This document shows, piece after piece, positions 27,474 through 38,206 of a stretch of DNA of 64,000 nt; positions within the stretch are counted from its first letter, which is position 1; the number at the start of each line of letters is the position of its first letter. Source of the stretch: Obrimoposthia wandeli (taxonomy: Eukaryota); the NCBI GenBank assembly GCA_977020255.1, contig CDROCS010002422.1, forward strand, positions 1-64,000, in the 5' to 3' direction. Made by a program: the position numbers and the translations under genes. The notes under the pieces are model-generated. The model saw only the letters and a list, made by a program, of their open reading frames with translations, did not search any database and was not told the origin of the DNA.

Positions 27474-29174
27474 TTAGTGCTTTAAAATATACGCTTTTAC
27501 AACATCCTGACTAGACTTGGGCCGTGAATAAAAATAACCTTGGGCGCGCTGTATTTTCAGCCTTTTACATAAATCGACATGCTCTTGAGTCTCTATCCCT
27601 TCTGCAATGATAGCTAAACCCAGTATAGTCGCCATTGCCACTAGCCCTTCAACTAATGCTGTATTTTTAGTATCCAATACCGTTTGGGGCATTAAACTTT
27701 TATCAATTTTTACAATGGAAATCGGATGATTCCGTAAATGAGCAATAGAAGAATAACCTGTACCAAAATCATCCAATGATAAACGACAACCACCTGCTGT
27801 TAAAGCGGCAATAACTTTGCGAGAAGCCACTGTATCTTTAAATAAAACAGTTTCCGTTAGTTCAATTTCTATAAGATGAGCAGATACTTTATATTTAGAT
27901 AAACAACTGACTAGACAATCAACTATATCAGTACTTCGAAATTGCACGGCAGATACATTAATTGCCATTGTGAAAGGCTCTTTTCGTCCTATATTCCATT
28001 GAGCCAAAGTCGATATTGCTTCTTCCAGAACCCATAGTCCTATCGGTAAAATTTGTTGAGTTTCCTCTGCAACTTTAATAAATTCGTCAGGTGCTCTAGT
28101 AATACCGTTTACATTCCAACGTATGAGTGCCTCAAATCCTTTTACACTCCCACTTTCAGGTTCTATTACGGGTTGGTAGTATAATTGGAACTGCTGTTTT
28201 TCAAGTGCAGCTCTGAGTTCAACCTCAATCCTTAATCGTTTATGAAACTTGTCTTGCATTTCTTCTTCAAAAAAACAGGCTTGATTACGCCCCCATTTTT
28301 TTGCTCGGTACATAGCAATATCTGCGTGTTTGAATAACTCTTCACTTGTATTGCTATTATCTGGATGAAGCGCAATGCCAATGCTGACTGTGGAGTGGAT
28401 TAAAGTAGACTCTATCTCTACTGGCTCTTGCATTGCGCTGATGATACGTTGAGCGACCAAAATTGCATCTTCAGAGCTTTGAAGATTAGTAAGGGTAATT
28501 GCGAACTCGTCTCCACCTAACCTAGAAAAAAACTCCTTGCCTCGAAGGCAATCATTAATCGTCGATACCGTCCTTTTGAGGAGCATATCACCTGTGTCGT
28601 GACCAAAATTATCATTAATCAACTTAAAATTATCAAGATCGAGTAATAGTAGAGCTAAGGTTTGATTATTCCGACTATTATTAGCCAGTGCTAATTTTAA
28701 AGATTCATCGAAAAAATAACGATTGGGTAACCCAGTAAGCGCATCGGTCTCGGCTAGTATTTTAACTTTCTTATAGGTATCAAATAATTTTTTTTCTAAA
28801 TCGTGTCTTGCTGTAGAATGCAAAATGGCACGTCTTAATTTTTTTGCAGATATATCAGATTTTATTAAAAAATCTTGAGCGCCTGCTTTTATACATTCAA
28901 GGGCAAGCTCATCATCTTCACTATTACTCATCATGACAATTGCAGTATTAGATTCTTTTTGCTCATTGCGAATTTCAACAATCATCTCAATACCATCACG
29001 CGAAGGTAAATTGTAATCGAGCAATACGATATCAAACTCTTTTTCAGCATATAGTTGCAAAGCTTGATCAACGCTCATCGCTTCAGTAATATTCACACTT
29101 AAATCACTTTTTTTTAATGTGCGATTAATAGCAACCCTGTCAACTATGTCATCATCTACTAACAAAATATTCAT
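27474..29174 (-). CDS. REC-GGDEF-EAL c-di-GMP enzyme
   Basis: LLVDDD and LLDYNLP receiver; RLGGDEF; FEALIRW; DDFGTGYSS. Confidence 0.92.
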   Translation of the reverse strand: MNILLVDDDIVDRVAINRTLKKSDLSVNITEAMSVDQALQLYAEKEFDIVLLDYNLPSRDGIEMIVEIRNEQKESNTAIVMMSNSEDDELALECIKAGAQDFLIKSDISAKKLRRAILHSTARHDLEKKLFDTYKKVKILAETDALTGLPNRYFFDESLKLALANNSRNNQTLALLLLDLDNFKLINDNFGHDTGDMLLKRTVSTINDCLRGKEFFSRLGGDEFAITLTNLQSSEDAILVAQRIISAMQEPVEIESTLIHSTVSIGIALHPDNSNTSEELFKHADIAMYRAKKWGRNQACFFEEEMQDKFHKRLRIEVELRAALEKQQFQLYYQPVIEPESGSVKGFEALIRWNVNGITRAPDEFIKVAEETQQILPIGLWVLEEAISTLAQWNIGRKEPFTMAINVSAVQFRSTDIVDCLVSCLSKYKVSAHLIEIELTETVLFKDTVASRKVIAALTAGGCRLSLDDFGTGYSSIAHLRNHPISIVKIDKSLMPQTVLDTKNTALVEGLVAMATILGLAIIAEGIETQEHVDLCKRLKIQRAQGYFYSRPKSSQDVVKAYILKH

Positions 29175-29585
29175 TCACTTTCCCTGTGAGTAAAAGTATA
29201 ATTTCTAGTGTACACAATTAAATTATACCATATTTTCAATTACTTAAAGAACACACTGAGTTTTGCAAAGTTCTATCACAAGTAACAGAGTGACATCTTT
29301 CTATTGCAAATAATATAAGAATATGATGTTAAAACCACAAAACACTAGTTAGTTTATGAGTACGCATCCAAGCTGTAGCTATAAAAATGCGTCAGATAGC
29401 TTGCAACGCAATATACGCTTCACTTTGAATAGTTAATATATCGGTAGAATCAGAAAAGGTGCTCTTTGTGCTACTGTGTTTAAAGCAAGATATCTACTAA
29501 GCCTAGCGAACGATAATAAGCCAAATATAGAAACAACTATCCCCAATAAACGTCGATCTTTACGATCTTTGCAAAGAAACTCCTT

Positions 29586-30383
29586 TTAGTAAAACACTAA
29601 TCTAAGTTTACTTTTAACAACATCTTTTACCTCTGAATTGATATCAGTTACTTTCGATGACTGTATTAATAGCGTCCTTAAACTCGGAAAATTGTTTATT
29701 TCTGTGAAATTTAATACCTTGGTATAACCTAGTTCTAACTCCTCCAACAAAGGAAGTTTAGATAGCGGCTCTAATGAAGCAACAGTAGTATGCGATAGAT
29801 TTATAGAACGCAATTTTTGTAAATTTTTTAATATTTTCAAATCTTTGAATTCGGTATGTCGTAAATCAAGCGTTTGAAGATTTACTAAACTAGATAATGA
29901 GCTAAAATCCGAAGTGGGTGAATTAACTAAATAGACGGCGCGAAGCTCAGTGAGGTTCTCAAGTGGCGATAGGTCTTTTACCTTAGAATTTGAAAGTGAT
30001 AATACCTCAAGCTTTGTAAGCATCTTGAAAGCAGATATATCAGTAATATCAGATAAAGAAATATTTATAGTTTTAAGTTTTGTTAATCTAGCTAATATCG
30101 ATATATCAGTGATGCTTGTATTAGCTAGGCTAATCTTTTCCAAGTGTTGAAGGGACTTAATATTAGGCGGGAAATGGGTTAGTCCCATAAGGCCTGATAA
30201 ATTTAGCTCGAGTGACTGATTTTCTAATGCGTAATAAATGCGTTGATTAGCAATTTTCAGAGATTTTTTGGAATCAAAAACAATGCCTTGTTGATCTATT
30301 CCCTGCGACGCTTGCACTAAAAAACTACCGAGAAGTATAAGTAAACCCGTAAAAAACCGCAGTTTCAATTGATGTGATCTCAT
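29586..30383 (-). CDS. Secreted leucine-rich repeat (internalin-like) protein
   Basis: Signal peptide and about eight 22-aa repeats of type LxxLxxLxxLxLxxTxIxDLxx. Confidence 0.85.
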   Translation of the reverse strand: MRSHQLKLRFFTGLLILLGSFLVQASQGIDQQGIVFDSKKSLKIANQRIYYALENQSLELNLSGLMGLTHFPPNIKSLQHLEKISLANTSITDISILARLTKLKTINISLSDITDISAFKMLTKLEVLSLSNSKVKDLSPLENLTELRAVYLVNSPTSDFSSLSSLVNLQTLDLRHTEFKDLKILKNLQKLRSINLSHTTVASLEPLSKLPLLEELELGYTKVLNFTEINNFPSLRTLLIQSSKVTDINSEVKDVVKSKLRLVFY

Positions 30384-30505
30384 GATTTATCTCCTTTTTA
30401 TTCCTTTTAAGCTTATACCTAATTCTATATTGTGGCCATTATTTAACCAACCAAAATATTAGGACTATTGACATCTAGTGTCTCAGAGCATGATTAGTTT
30501 GAGTT

Positions 30506-30616
30506 TTATGGAGGTTTTTTCGTCGGGTTAGTAGTTATTTCAAGGTGTTCTTCAAGCTTTTCTATTCGATATTTTGCATCATGGTTGCCAAGGGTTAGAG
30601 CTTTCTCAGCATGAGA
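30506..30616 (-). pseudogene. Possible C-terminal remnant of a Sel1/TPR-like gene
   Basis: Start-less frame SHAEKALTLGNHDAKYRIEKLEEHL...* bounded by TGA. Confidence 0.25.
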
Positions 30617-30750
30617 TCACTGAGAATTCAATTTGATTAAAAATTTGCTCAATAACTATTATTAATAAATTGAATTCTTATAAAATTAAACTTTTTTGAT
30701 TTGGCTCCCTCTAATTACTGCAACTTCCTCTTGGCATTCATTTATTATCG

Positions 30751-31392
30751 CTATTTTAAATATTGTGGTGCTATCTCAACTAACAGATAAGTACAAAGTA
30801 ATATCGGTACCAAAGCCCTTATTGCTGCAAAAGGTATTGAAAAATCAATCTTTGAACTCTTTTTTAATGCATAAAGCCTTTTGTAAGCAAAACCTAGTGC
30901 GATAATTAGTAATGCTGACAGTAAGATGGTGATTGGCAATTGTAGAAATGAGAATAGTTTTTCAAACCATAAAGCAGTATTACCAATTATATAAAATATT
31001 AGATGCAGCGGCCAAATTGCAATAACGAATACTCCAAAGTACAATAAATCTTCAAGTGACTTGTATTCGATATAGGCTGTTGTATTGAGTCCGTCAAAGT
31101 ACAGATAAAACTTAATGATGAACAATAAAATCGGCACGCTCCAGATAACTAAACTATAGGATCTAAAGAGAAGTTTGTTGGTTATTTTATCTTGCTTATA
31201 GCTAAACCGAATCAGTAAATAAGTCATCACCCCAAAACCAAAAGCCCCTGCTGCAGCTATTTCTTGAGCTGCTTTTACCGCTACCAAATAAGCTGCTACA
31301 TACCCAACACCTATAAATACGCTATTAAATAGGATTGATAATAAATTTTTAAAGACCATATTATTTGCCGTACTCCATATAACATCATGCAT
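30751..31392 (-). CDS. Hypothetical multi-pass membrane protein
   Basis: 213-aa ORF with about 6 hydrophobic segments; no recognised family. Confidence 0.55.
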   Translation of the reverse strand: MHDVIWSTANNMVFKNLLSILFNSVFIGVGYVAAYLVAVKAAQEIAAAGAFGFGVMTYLLIRFSYKQDKITNKLLFRSYSLVIWSVPILLFIIKFYLYFDGLNTTAYIEYKSLEDLLYFGVFVIAIWPLHLIFYIIGNTALWFEKLFSFLQLPITILLSALLIIALGFAYKRLYALKKSSKIDFSIPFAAIRALVPILLCTYLLVEIAPQYLK

Positions 31393-31862
31393 TTATCTAC
31401 AGAAATAATAAAATATTATGCTAGATACAAACAATTGGCAATTCCTTAAGTTTTAATAATTTGCAATATAGCTGCCTTTTAATATTTTTGTAACTTGTCT
31501 TGATTCTACTGTCACCAATCCAAGTTGCAGGCTAGTGTGGAATGTTTTCATACTTTGCAGCTAATTGGTGCGTCTAGGCAATAAATATTCAAACATAGAT
31601 TTAAGCTAGGCTGTTAGCAAGATGCGGATTCTTGGTCGCCTAAAAAAGTCAACCCACAAAATCGAAAGCCCTTAGTATCATTTAATCCGCATAATTATGA
31701 CTTAAAAAAAGAAATCAATTCACGCTGAACTCACTATTCAAGCACTAAGGATATATAGTGATAGACGGGTCAATTCGTACTATATCTATGGCTAAATGAC
31801 TGTTAAGTTGATGATTGTATATTACTAAATTATACTATCGCATTTTACATATATATCTGGAT

Positions 31863-34800
31863 ATGGTTGTGAAACGAATATTAAACCCTGCTATAAACTT
31901 AATGAACAATCTAAGTTACTTTCGTAAGTTTATTGTACTTGGAGGGTTATCATTGCTGGCGTTATTGATTGTTTCGACTTCCTTAATCTACCATTTATCG
32001 GGGTCGATCAGTAGAGCAAACCAGCAGCTAGAAGGGTTAAATCAGGCGCAAAAAATATCCAGACTAATTCAATCACTACAAGAGAGTAGAGGAATTACTG
32101 CGGCCGTTCTTACAGATGTTTATGATAGTGAAAATAAACTGCTATCAGCTAGAAAAAAGGTCGATGATAACTTTAACATCGTCAGTAATGGACTACCTTT
32201 AGAGCTAAGGAATATAGCAAAATGGTCTACTATTATTACTCAGTGGAAATATTTAAATACTAATGGAGTTACTTTAGGCATAGATGAGAGCTTTAAATTA
32301 CATAGTAAAATACTTGATAATATAAGTTCTTTGCAACTAAAAGTAGCTGATTATTATTACTTGCTGGTAATGGACGATCAAGATTCATATTATTTAACCA
32401 ATAGCTTTTTATTCACTATACCTATTACGTTAGAGGTACTTGGTAAAGTACGCGGTATTGGTGTTTCATATTTAGTTAATCAAAATTTAAAATCTAAAAC
32501 TACCATAAAGACTCTTTTATCCAACACCGTTATACCTCTATATGTATTTGAGGAGAATATGAGCAAAATTAAAAGGGAGTTGATTTCAGATAGAGAAAAA
32601 ATTTCCTCTCAAGTGCTAATTAAAACGATCGATAAGCACATCAAATTAATTTTAAATGGCATTTTGCCAGGTAAAACTTCAGCTAATTCTCTCGAGTTTT
32701 ATACTCAGTCTACCTCTGTTATTGACTTAGGGTATCAATTTATGGATAACTCCCTACATTCCACACTCAGTAATTTACTGCAAAATCGAGTTAAACAAGC
32801 CAACACTGAATTAGTCGTGAGTTTAGGTTTGTCGTCAACACTGTTTCTTATTGTGCTGTATTTTATAGTAGGTCTGTATTTATCAACCATTAGAAGCATC
32901 AATTCTTTAACTCGAGGTGCTGGTAAGTTTTACGGTGGGGATCTGGAGTCCCGTATCATTCATGATACTCACGATGAGCTAAATAATATTGCCCATCGGT
33001 TTAATGAAATGGCTGTCTCCTTTCAAAACCTAATGCATGAAAAAGAAGCAATAAGCACTAAATTGCGTACTATTATTGATAATTCACCAATAGGTATTTG
33101 GTTGACAGGAATAGATGGAAGTTATCATTTCGTCAATAAGACGTTTTGTGATTTAGCCGGCATAGAGGAAGAAGATATGCTTAACATTACTTCATCTAAT
33201 TTAGGCGAATTATTGGGAAATGAGACCGCACAGCATTGCTTAGCTTCCGACAAAGCTGCTCTAGCACAAGACTTACCTCATGTTTCCTATGAAACAATAT
33301 CTCGTTTAAATGCAAAAGCCTGCACACTTGAAATAACCAAGGTTAAATTGAAAAACACCCGAGGTGAAGTGGTTGGTTTAATCGGCATCAGCAAAGATAT
33401 AACTAATGCACGCCAACAGGAAGATGATTTAAAACTTGCTGATATGGTGTATAAAAACAGCTCTGAAGCGATGATGATTACCAATATCAAGAATGAGATT
33501 ATTGCGATTAATCCTGCTTTATCTGAAATTACTGGATATAGCAAAAACGAATTGATTGGCAAAAACCCAAATATTTTTAGTTCTGGTAGACAAAGCCCAG
33601 AATTCTATTTAGCCATGTGGAAAGAATTAGAGTTAACTGGAAAATGGCAGGGGGAAATTTGGAATATCAGAAAAAATGGGTCTGAATATCCCGAATGGCT
33701 GGCAGTTAACACTATTTATGATGATCGCGGTAAAGTATTCAGGCGAATTGCCTTATTTTCAGACATTACTGAAAAGAAAGAAGCTGTAGAACAGATATTA
33801 AGAGAAGCAAATTATGATAGTTTAACAGACCTCCCCAATCGAAGAATGTTTATCGATCGGCTTGATCAAGAAATCAAAGTGTCTCAACGTAAGAGCCGAA
33901 AGTTTGCGCTAATTTTTCTCGATCTAGATAATTTTAAATCGATAAATGACAGCAAAGGTCATGACTATGGTGATGCACTCCTTGTCGAAGCGGGGAAACG
34001 AATAACTCATTGTGTCCGAGAATCGGATACGGTTGCTCGAATAGGGGGCGATGAGTTTACCATTATTCTATCTGATTTAATTGATATACATAATGTTGAA
34101 TCTATTTGTCAGAAAATATTACTCACACTAAGTACCCCTTTTTATATTTCTGAGACCGCAACATATATCTCTGCTAGTTTAGGAATTACACTTTATCCAA
34201 ATGACGCAAGCACCACTTTTGAACTACTTAAAAATGCTGATCAGGCCATGTATCTTTCGAAAAACCTTGGGCGAAATCAATTTTGTTATTTTACCGCATC
34301 TATGCAGGAACAAGCGGTAAATCACTTAGAGCTAACGAATGACTTACGCAAGGCAATTAGCTTGAATCAATTAGCTGTATTTTATCAACCTATTGTTGAG
34401 TTACAAACAGGTATTATTTGTAAAGCAGAAGCACTTTTACGCTGGAATCATCCCGTTCGAGGCATGGTGAGCCCCACAGAATTTATTCCATTGGCTGAAG
34501 AATCTGGATTAATTATAGAAATAGGCGATTGGGTGTTTAAACAAACTGTTCAGTACATTAAGAAGTGTAAAGAGCAACTTGGTTTAGATATTCAAATCAG
34601 TATCAATAAATCCCCTGTACAATTCAAAAAAGCGGGAGCTAATTTAGATTGGATAACCTATCTTGCTGAAAATAAATTACCTGGGAAGAACATTGTTATT
34701 GAAATAACGGAAGGTCTGTTAATGGATGATAATGTAAGCACAATTGAACGTTTCTCTCAGCTTAGAGCCGCCGAGATTGGCCTGTCTATGGATGATTTTG

Positions 34801-35105
34801 GAACAGGATATTCGTCACTTTCTTACTTGAAAAAATTTAAACTTGATTACCTAAAAATTGATCAGTCATTTACGAAAAACCTAGCGCCAGGCTCTGAGGA
34901 TATGATTTTGTCAGAAGCCATTATCACCATGGCACAGAAGTTAGGATTAAAGGTTATCGCTGAAGGTATCGAAACCCAAGAACAAATGCAGCTACTGCTT
35001 GATGCAGGATGTGACTACGGCCAAGGGTATTACTTCTCAAAACCGATACCAGGGGATGATTTTTTGCAATTATTGACTGACACTCCCATAAAGGATATAA
35101 AATAA
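31863..35105 (+). CDS. NIT-like sensor-HAMP-PAS-PAS-GGDEF-EAL c-di-GMP enzyme
   Basis: TM, LIQSLQESRG...ARKKVDD...LEVLGKVRG periplasmic region, TM, HAMP (DELNNIAHRFNEM), two PAS, RIGGDEF, AEALLRW, DDFGTGYSS; ATG 31863 likely (ORF track 31815). Confidence 0.85.
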   Translation: MVVKRILNPAINLMNNLSYFRKFIVLGGLSLLALLIVSTSLIYHLSGSISRANQQLEGLNQAQKISRLIQSLQESRGITAAVLTDVYDSENKLLSARKKVDDNFNIVSNGLPLELRNIAKWSTIITQWKYLNTNGVTLGIDESFKLHSKILDNISSLQLKVADYYYLLVMDDQDSYYLTNSFLFTIPITLEVLGKVRGIGVSYLVNQNLKSKTTIKTLLSNTVIPLYVFEENMSKIKRELISDREKISSQVLIKTIDKHIKLILNGILPGKTSANSLEFYTQSTSVIDLGYQFMDNSLHSTLSNLLQNRVKQANTELVVSLGLSSTLFLIVLYFIVGLYLSTIRSINSLTRGAGKFYGGDLESRIIHDTHDELNNIAHRFNEMAVSFQNLMHEKEAISTKLRTIIDNSPIGIWLTGIDGSYHFVNKTFCDLAGIEEEDMLNITSSNLGELLGNETAQHCLASDKAALAQDLPHVSYETISRLNAKACTLEITKVKLKNTRGEVVGLIGISKDITNARQQEDDLKLADMVYKNSSEAMMITNIKNEIIAINPALSEITGYSKNELIGKNPNIFSSGRQSPEFYLAMWKELELTGKWQGEIWNIRKNGSEYPEWLAVNTIYDDRGKVFRRIALFSDITEKKEAVEQILREANYDSLTDLPNRRMFIDRLDQEIKVSQRKSRKFALIFLDLDNFKSINDSKGHDYGDALLVEAGKRITHCVRESDTVARIGGDEFTIILSDLIDIHNVESICQKILLTLSTPFYISETATYISASLGITLYPNDASTTFELLKNADQAMYLSKNLGRNQFCYFTASMQEQAVNHLELTNDLRKAISLNQLAVFYQPIVELQTGIICKAEALLRWNHPVRGMVSPTEFIPLAEESGLIIEIGDWVFKQTVQYIKKCKEQLGLDIQISINKSPVQFKKAGANLDWITYLAENKLPGKNIVIEITEGLLMDDNVSTIERFSQLRAAEIGLSMDDFGTGYSSLSYLKKFKLDYLKIDQSFTKNLAPGSEDMILSEAIITMAQKLGLKVIAEGIETQEQMQLLLDAGCDYGQGYYFSKPIPGDDFLQLLTDTPIKDIK

Positions 35106-35311
35106 ATATGACCTAATGGATTAAATATTGCTTAAAGGTCATATTTTATCGCAACGTACCATAGCATGACTAAATGGCGCGTTTCTGTTTAGCATAGTTG
35201 CCCTCTTCAATGTAGGCTTATCAATTTAATCTAACCCTATAGCTTTAGAGAGCATATTAGTCAAAGTAATTTGAAAATTTAGGTTTCAGCATAACTTACC
35301 CAAAATGCATG

Positions 35312-35347
35312 ATAACTGCGCTCAATAATTCGGCGTTTAAAACAGCT
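35312..35347 (+). repeat. Partial copy of family C element
   Basis: ATAACTGCGCTCAATAATTCGGCGTTTAAAACAGC versus ATAACTACTGCGCTCAATAATACGGCGTTAAAAACCGGC at about 6660-6698. Confidence 0.65.
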
Positions 35348-35469
35348 CTATCTGCTCTATTACGTCTGTAATAGCCAACAATTAGGGGAAACAATGACTC
35401 CACTATTTCCCAGATTTTGATTAAACCTGCTAAAGCTGCTGTCAAAGATCCACTATCAAACTCCTTTGA

Positions 35470-37902
35470 CTATTGTTCCTCACCGGTTATGTCTTCGTCA
35501 TATTTATTTTGTAACTCTAATTCTCTAGCAACCACTGCTGTCATGGCCGCTGCCGTTACAGCCCCCGTAATCACTCCATCCGTAGAGTCCGTTTTGTTTG
35601 GTTTCTTCTCTTCATTGTAATGCTCAATTTTATTTCTGTATTCCAGCTTCTGCAGCTCTTCTAGTTCAGCAGGTAATCTTACTTTCACTTCTCGATGAGC
35701 AAACTCAATACCGGCGTCAGCTAGGGCGTTTCTTACATTTGTATAAGCTACTCTTCTGACAACCCATTGCTCACCAGGTTTTGCTGTGAATTTCATTCTA
35801 AAAATGAGCGCGGACTCTTCAACACGCATAACACCTTGGGATTTTAATGGCTGCAGCATATTGGGCCCAATTTCTTCATCTAGAAGCATTTTCTGGCCAA
35901 CTTTTTTAATTATTTTTCGTACTTTCTCTATATCGACATCATACGCTAGCCTAAGCTCTAATTTCATTATTACCCAATCGCGACTCAAATTTTTGACCGT
36001 ATTTATCTCACCGTAAGGTACTGTCTGTACTGCGCCTAAGTGGTGGCGAAGGCGCATGGAACGCACAGATAATTTCTCTATCGTTCCTTTCATTCCCGCT
36101 ACTTCAACATATTCACCTTTTCTAAAGGCATCGTCTATTAAGAAGAACATACCCGAAATTATATCTTGTACCAATTTTTGCGAGCCAAAACCTATTGCGA
36201 TACCCACTACACCTGCTCCTGCTAACAGTGGACCTATTTGTACCCCTAACGAGTACAAAACAGACATCACAACGATGACTAATAATAAAATTAAAAGTAT
36301 CGTGCGAAAAAGGGGTAATAGCGTTTCAGTTCTACTGGCTGATGCTCCACCACCTTCACCTTCCATTTCAGCAGCATCTTGGTGGTCTTCATCGGGAAGT
36401 TGCTTCTCTATTAAGAGTTGAATCGCCTCCCAGATGATAAAACCAAGTAACACGGTGACGCCAATATCGATTGTCGAGGACAAAAAGTTAATGCCATTAC
36501 TAGAGGTAAGTTTTTCGAGTGCTTTAAACCCCCAAGCTTCTAGAAAGCTAATAATAAGAATAGTCAGCAATATTAGGCGCACCACATTTCTTATAATCAA
36601 AATCAAACGTTGTTTACGAAGCTGAAACCCCCTACTTTGAAAAACGTTTAAAGAAACTAGTTTCAATAATAAAGATGAAACCAATAAATCTATAATAGGA
36701 AAGGTTAAAGTAAGCCACCAGGCCATTTCAATTGATGCCTGGCCTTTGGTGTTTCCAGTTAGTACTTGAACTTGCCAATTGAGAAATGCAAGAGTGATAA
36801 TAAATGTGACTGCAGCAGGCCATATCATTGCCCTTGCAGCATAAGGGTATGGATCTTGACTGTTAGGTAATACTTGGCTGTCAGCAGACCCGAATAAAAT
36901 ACAGTCAACAGAGTATCGTTGAGTCCATACAAACCAATAAATTATCGGATTAATAATCCCCCCAAATAAAAACAAAAACGAGAGTAACATGTGTTCCGTC
37001 TGGAGGCCGTTATCCACAAATAAAACAATTACTTGGGTGCCTATTTTGTAGCTAAAAGTAAAGGCTACCATGCAAATAAACAACACCCTGTTATTGATCC
37101 TGCCGTCAATTAAAGCGTATCCTTTTGGCTTTGGTGCTATTAATAATATAAACAGTAAAGTGAAGAATCGAACGGCAACTAATGCCTCTATAATTGTGGT
37201 GGTTAATAAGTGCTGGTCATCGTGACTAATTCTAAATAGGCTATTCGCCGCTTCACCGCTAACAGCATTTTGGGCGAACATTTTAATTAATATATGGCTA
37301 ATAATAGCGAAGATAATTAAGCCAAAAAGACTTATAAAGAAATGGCTAATTGCGTATCCAGAAGACAGGGTCTTCGACTTGAGATTTTGCAGTTCATAGG
37401 CTTTTTGCCTAGAGCGTTTCCAGCGAAAAGTACAAAGGTACTCCAGTGCGCTAGACAGCCCAATCACTAACGCTAAGAACAACATAAGTTTAGAAAAGCC
37501 ACTTATCCCGCCACCTGGCACCAGTTCGCTGAATGCTTTATTAAATCCAACCCAGAAGGTATCAGTTGCCTGAATAAGAGTGTGGATACCTTTTCCCAAC
37601 GGGGATATAGGATCCGAAATACCTTTCAAAAGAGCAATAATGGACATAGATTCGGCCATGTCGGCTTGTGCATTAATTTCCGCTTGCTGATGTAAACTAG
37701 TAATTAATAGGTTGCGGACTTGCTCTTCATTTAAAGGCGCAACAAAATTGCCTACCTGTTCTGGAAGTAAATCAGTCGGCAGTTTTTCCTGCGTAACGGT
37801 ATTATTGGATGATATAAATAATGGGTTAGCACTTATTTTAAAAGGAGTTATTAATAAAAAAATAAGTAATAACGGAGGCACGAAAATATGGTTCAGCTTC
37901 AT
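35470..37902 (-). CDS. Large MscS-family mechanosensitive channel
   Basis: TM3 LLAGAGVVGIAIGFGSQKLVQDIISG, DDAFRKGEYVE, GTIEKLSVRS; long N-terminal TM extension. Confidence 0.9.
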   Translation of the reverse strand: MKLNHIFVPPLLLIFLLITPFKISANPLFISSNNTVTQEKLPTDLLPEQVGNFVAPLNEEQVRNLLITSLHQQAEINAQADMAESMSIIALLKGISDPISPLGKGIHTLIQATDTFWVGFNKAFSELVPGGGISGFSKLMLFLALVIGLSSALEYLCTFRWKRSRQKAYELQNLKSKTLSSGYAISHFFISLFGLIIFAIISHILIKMFAQNAVSGEAANSLFRISHDDQHLLTTTIIEALVAVRFFTLLFILLIAPKPKGYALIDGRINNRVLFICMVAFTFSYKIGTQVIVLFVDNGLQTEHMLLSFLFLFGGIINPIIYWFVWTQRYSVDCILFGSADSQVLPNSQDPYPYAARAMIWPAAVTFIITLAFLNWQVQVLTGNTKGQASIEMAWWLTLTFPIIDLLVSSLLLKLVSLNVFQSRGFQLRKQRLILIIRNVVRLILLTILIISFLEAWGFKALEKLTSSNGINFLSSTIDIGVTVLLGFIIWEAIQLLIEKQLPDEDHQDAAEMEGEGGGASASRTETLLPLFRTILLILLLVIVVMSVLYSLGVQIGPLLAGAGVVGIAIGFGSQKLVQDIISGMFFLIDDAFRKGEYVEVAGMKGTIEKLSVRSMRLRHHLGAVQTVPYGEINTVKNLSRDWVIMKLELRLAYDVDIEKVRKIIKKVGQKMLLDEEIGPNMLQPLKSQGVMRVEESALIFRMKFTAKPGEQWVVRRVAYTNVRNALADAGIEFAHREVKVRLPAELEELQKLEYRNKIEHYNEEKKPNKTDSTDGVITGAVTAAAMTAVVARELELQNKYDEDITGEEQ

Positions 37903-38206
37903 AAGAAAAATCCTAAATCTGCGAATAAAATTAGTATAGTGTTAAATAATATGAGAGTCGCTGATTTTCAACCTGTATTTGTTGTAAATCTAAGGACAAA
38001 ATTTAGTCCAACAACTTAAAGGTAATTCTAAAGGAACATTAATGCTACTTGGTTATTACTCAAGCCAAAAAATTACCGTTTTAGCTATTAATTTAATAGG
38101 GCTATCAAGTACCTAAAAATAAATTGCACAGCTATGAACTTATTGATTGAGACCACACTGATTGCAAATTTATTTTTTCGACTCTCTCTGTCAATGGGTG
38201 CATTTG

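Noticed and set aside
31622-31692. 9-bp inverted repeat ATGCGGATT / AATCCGCAT
   Set aside because: Single short pair with no second copy or duplication; could be chance
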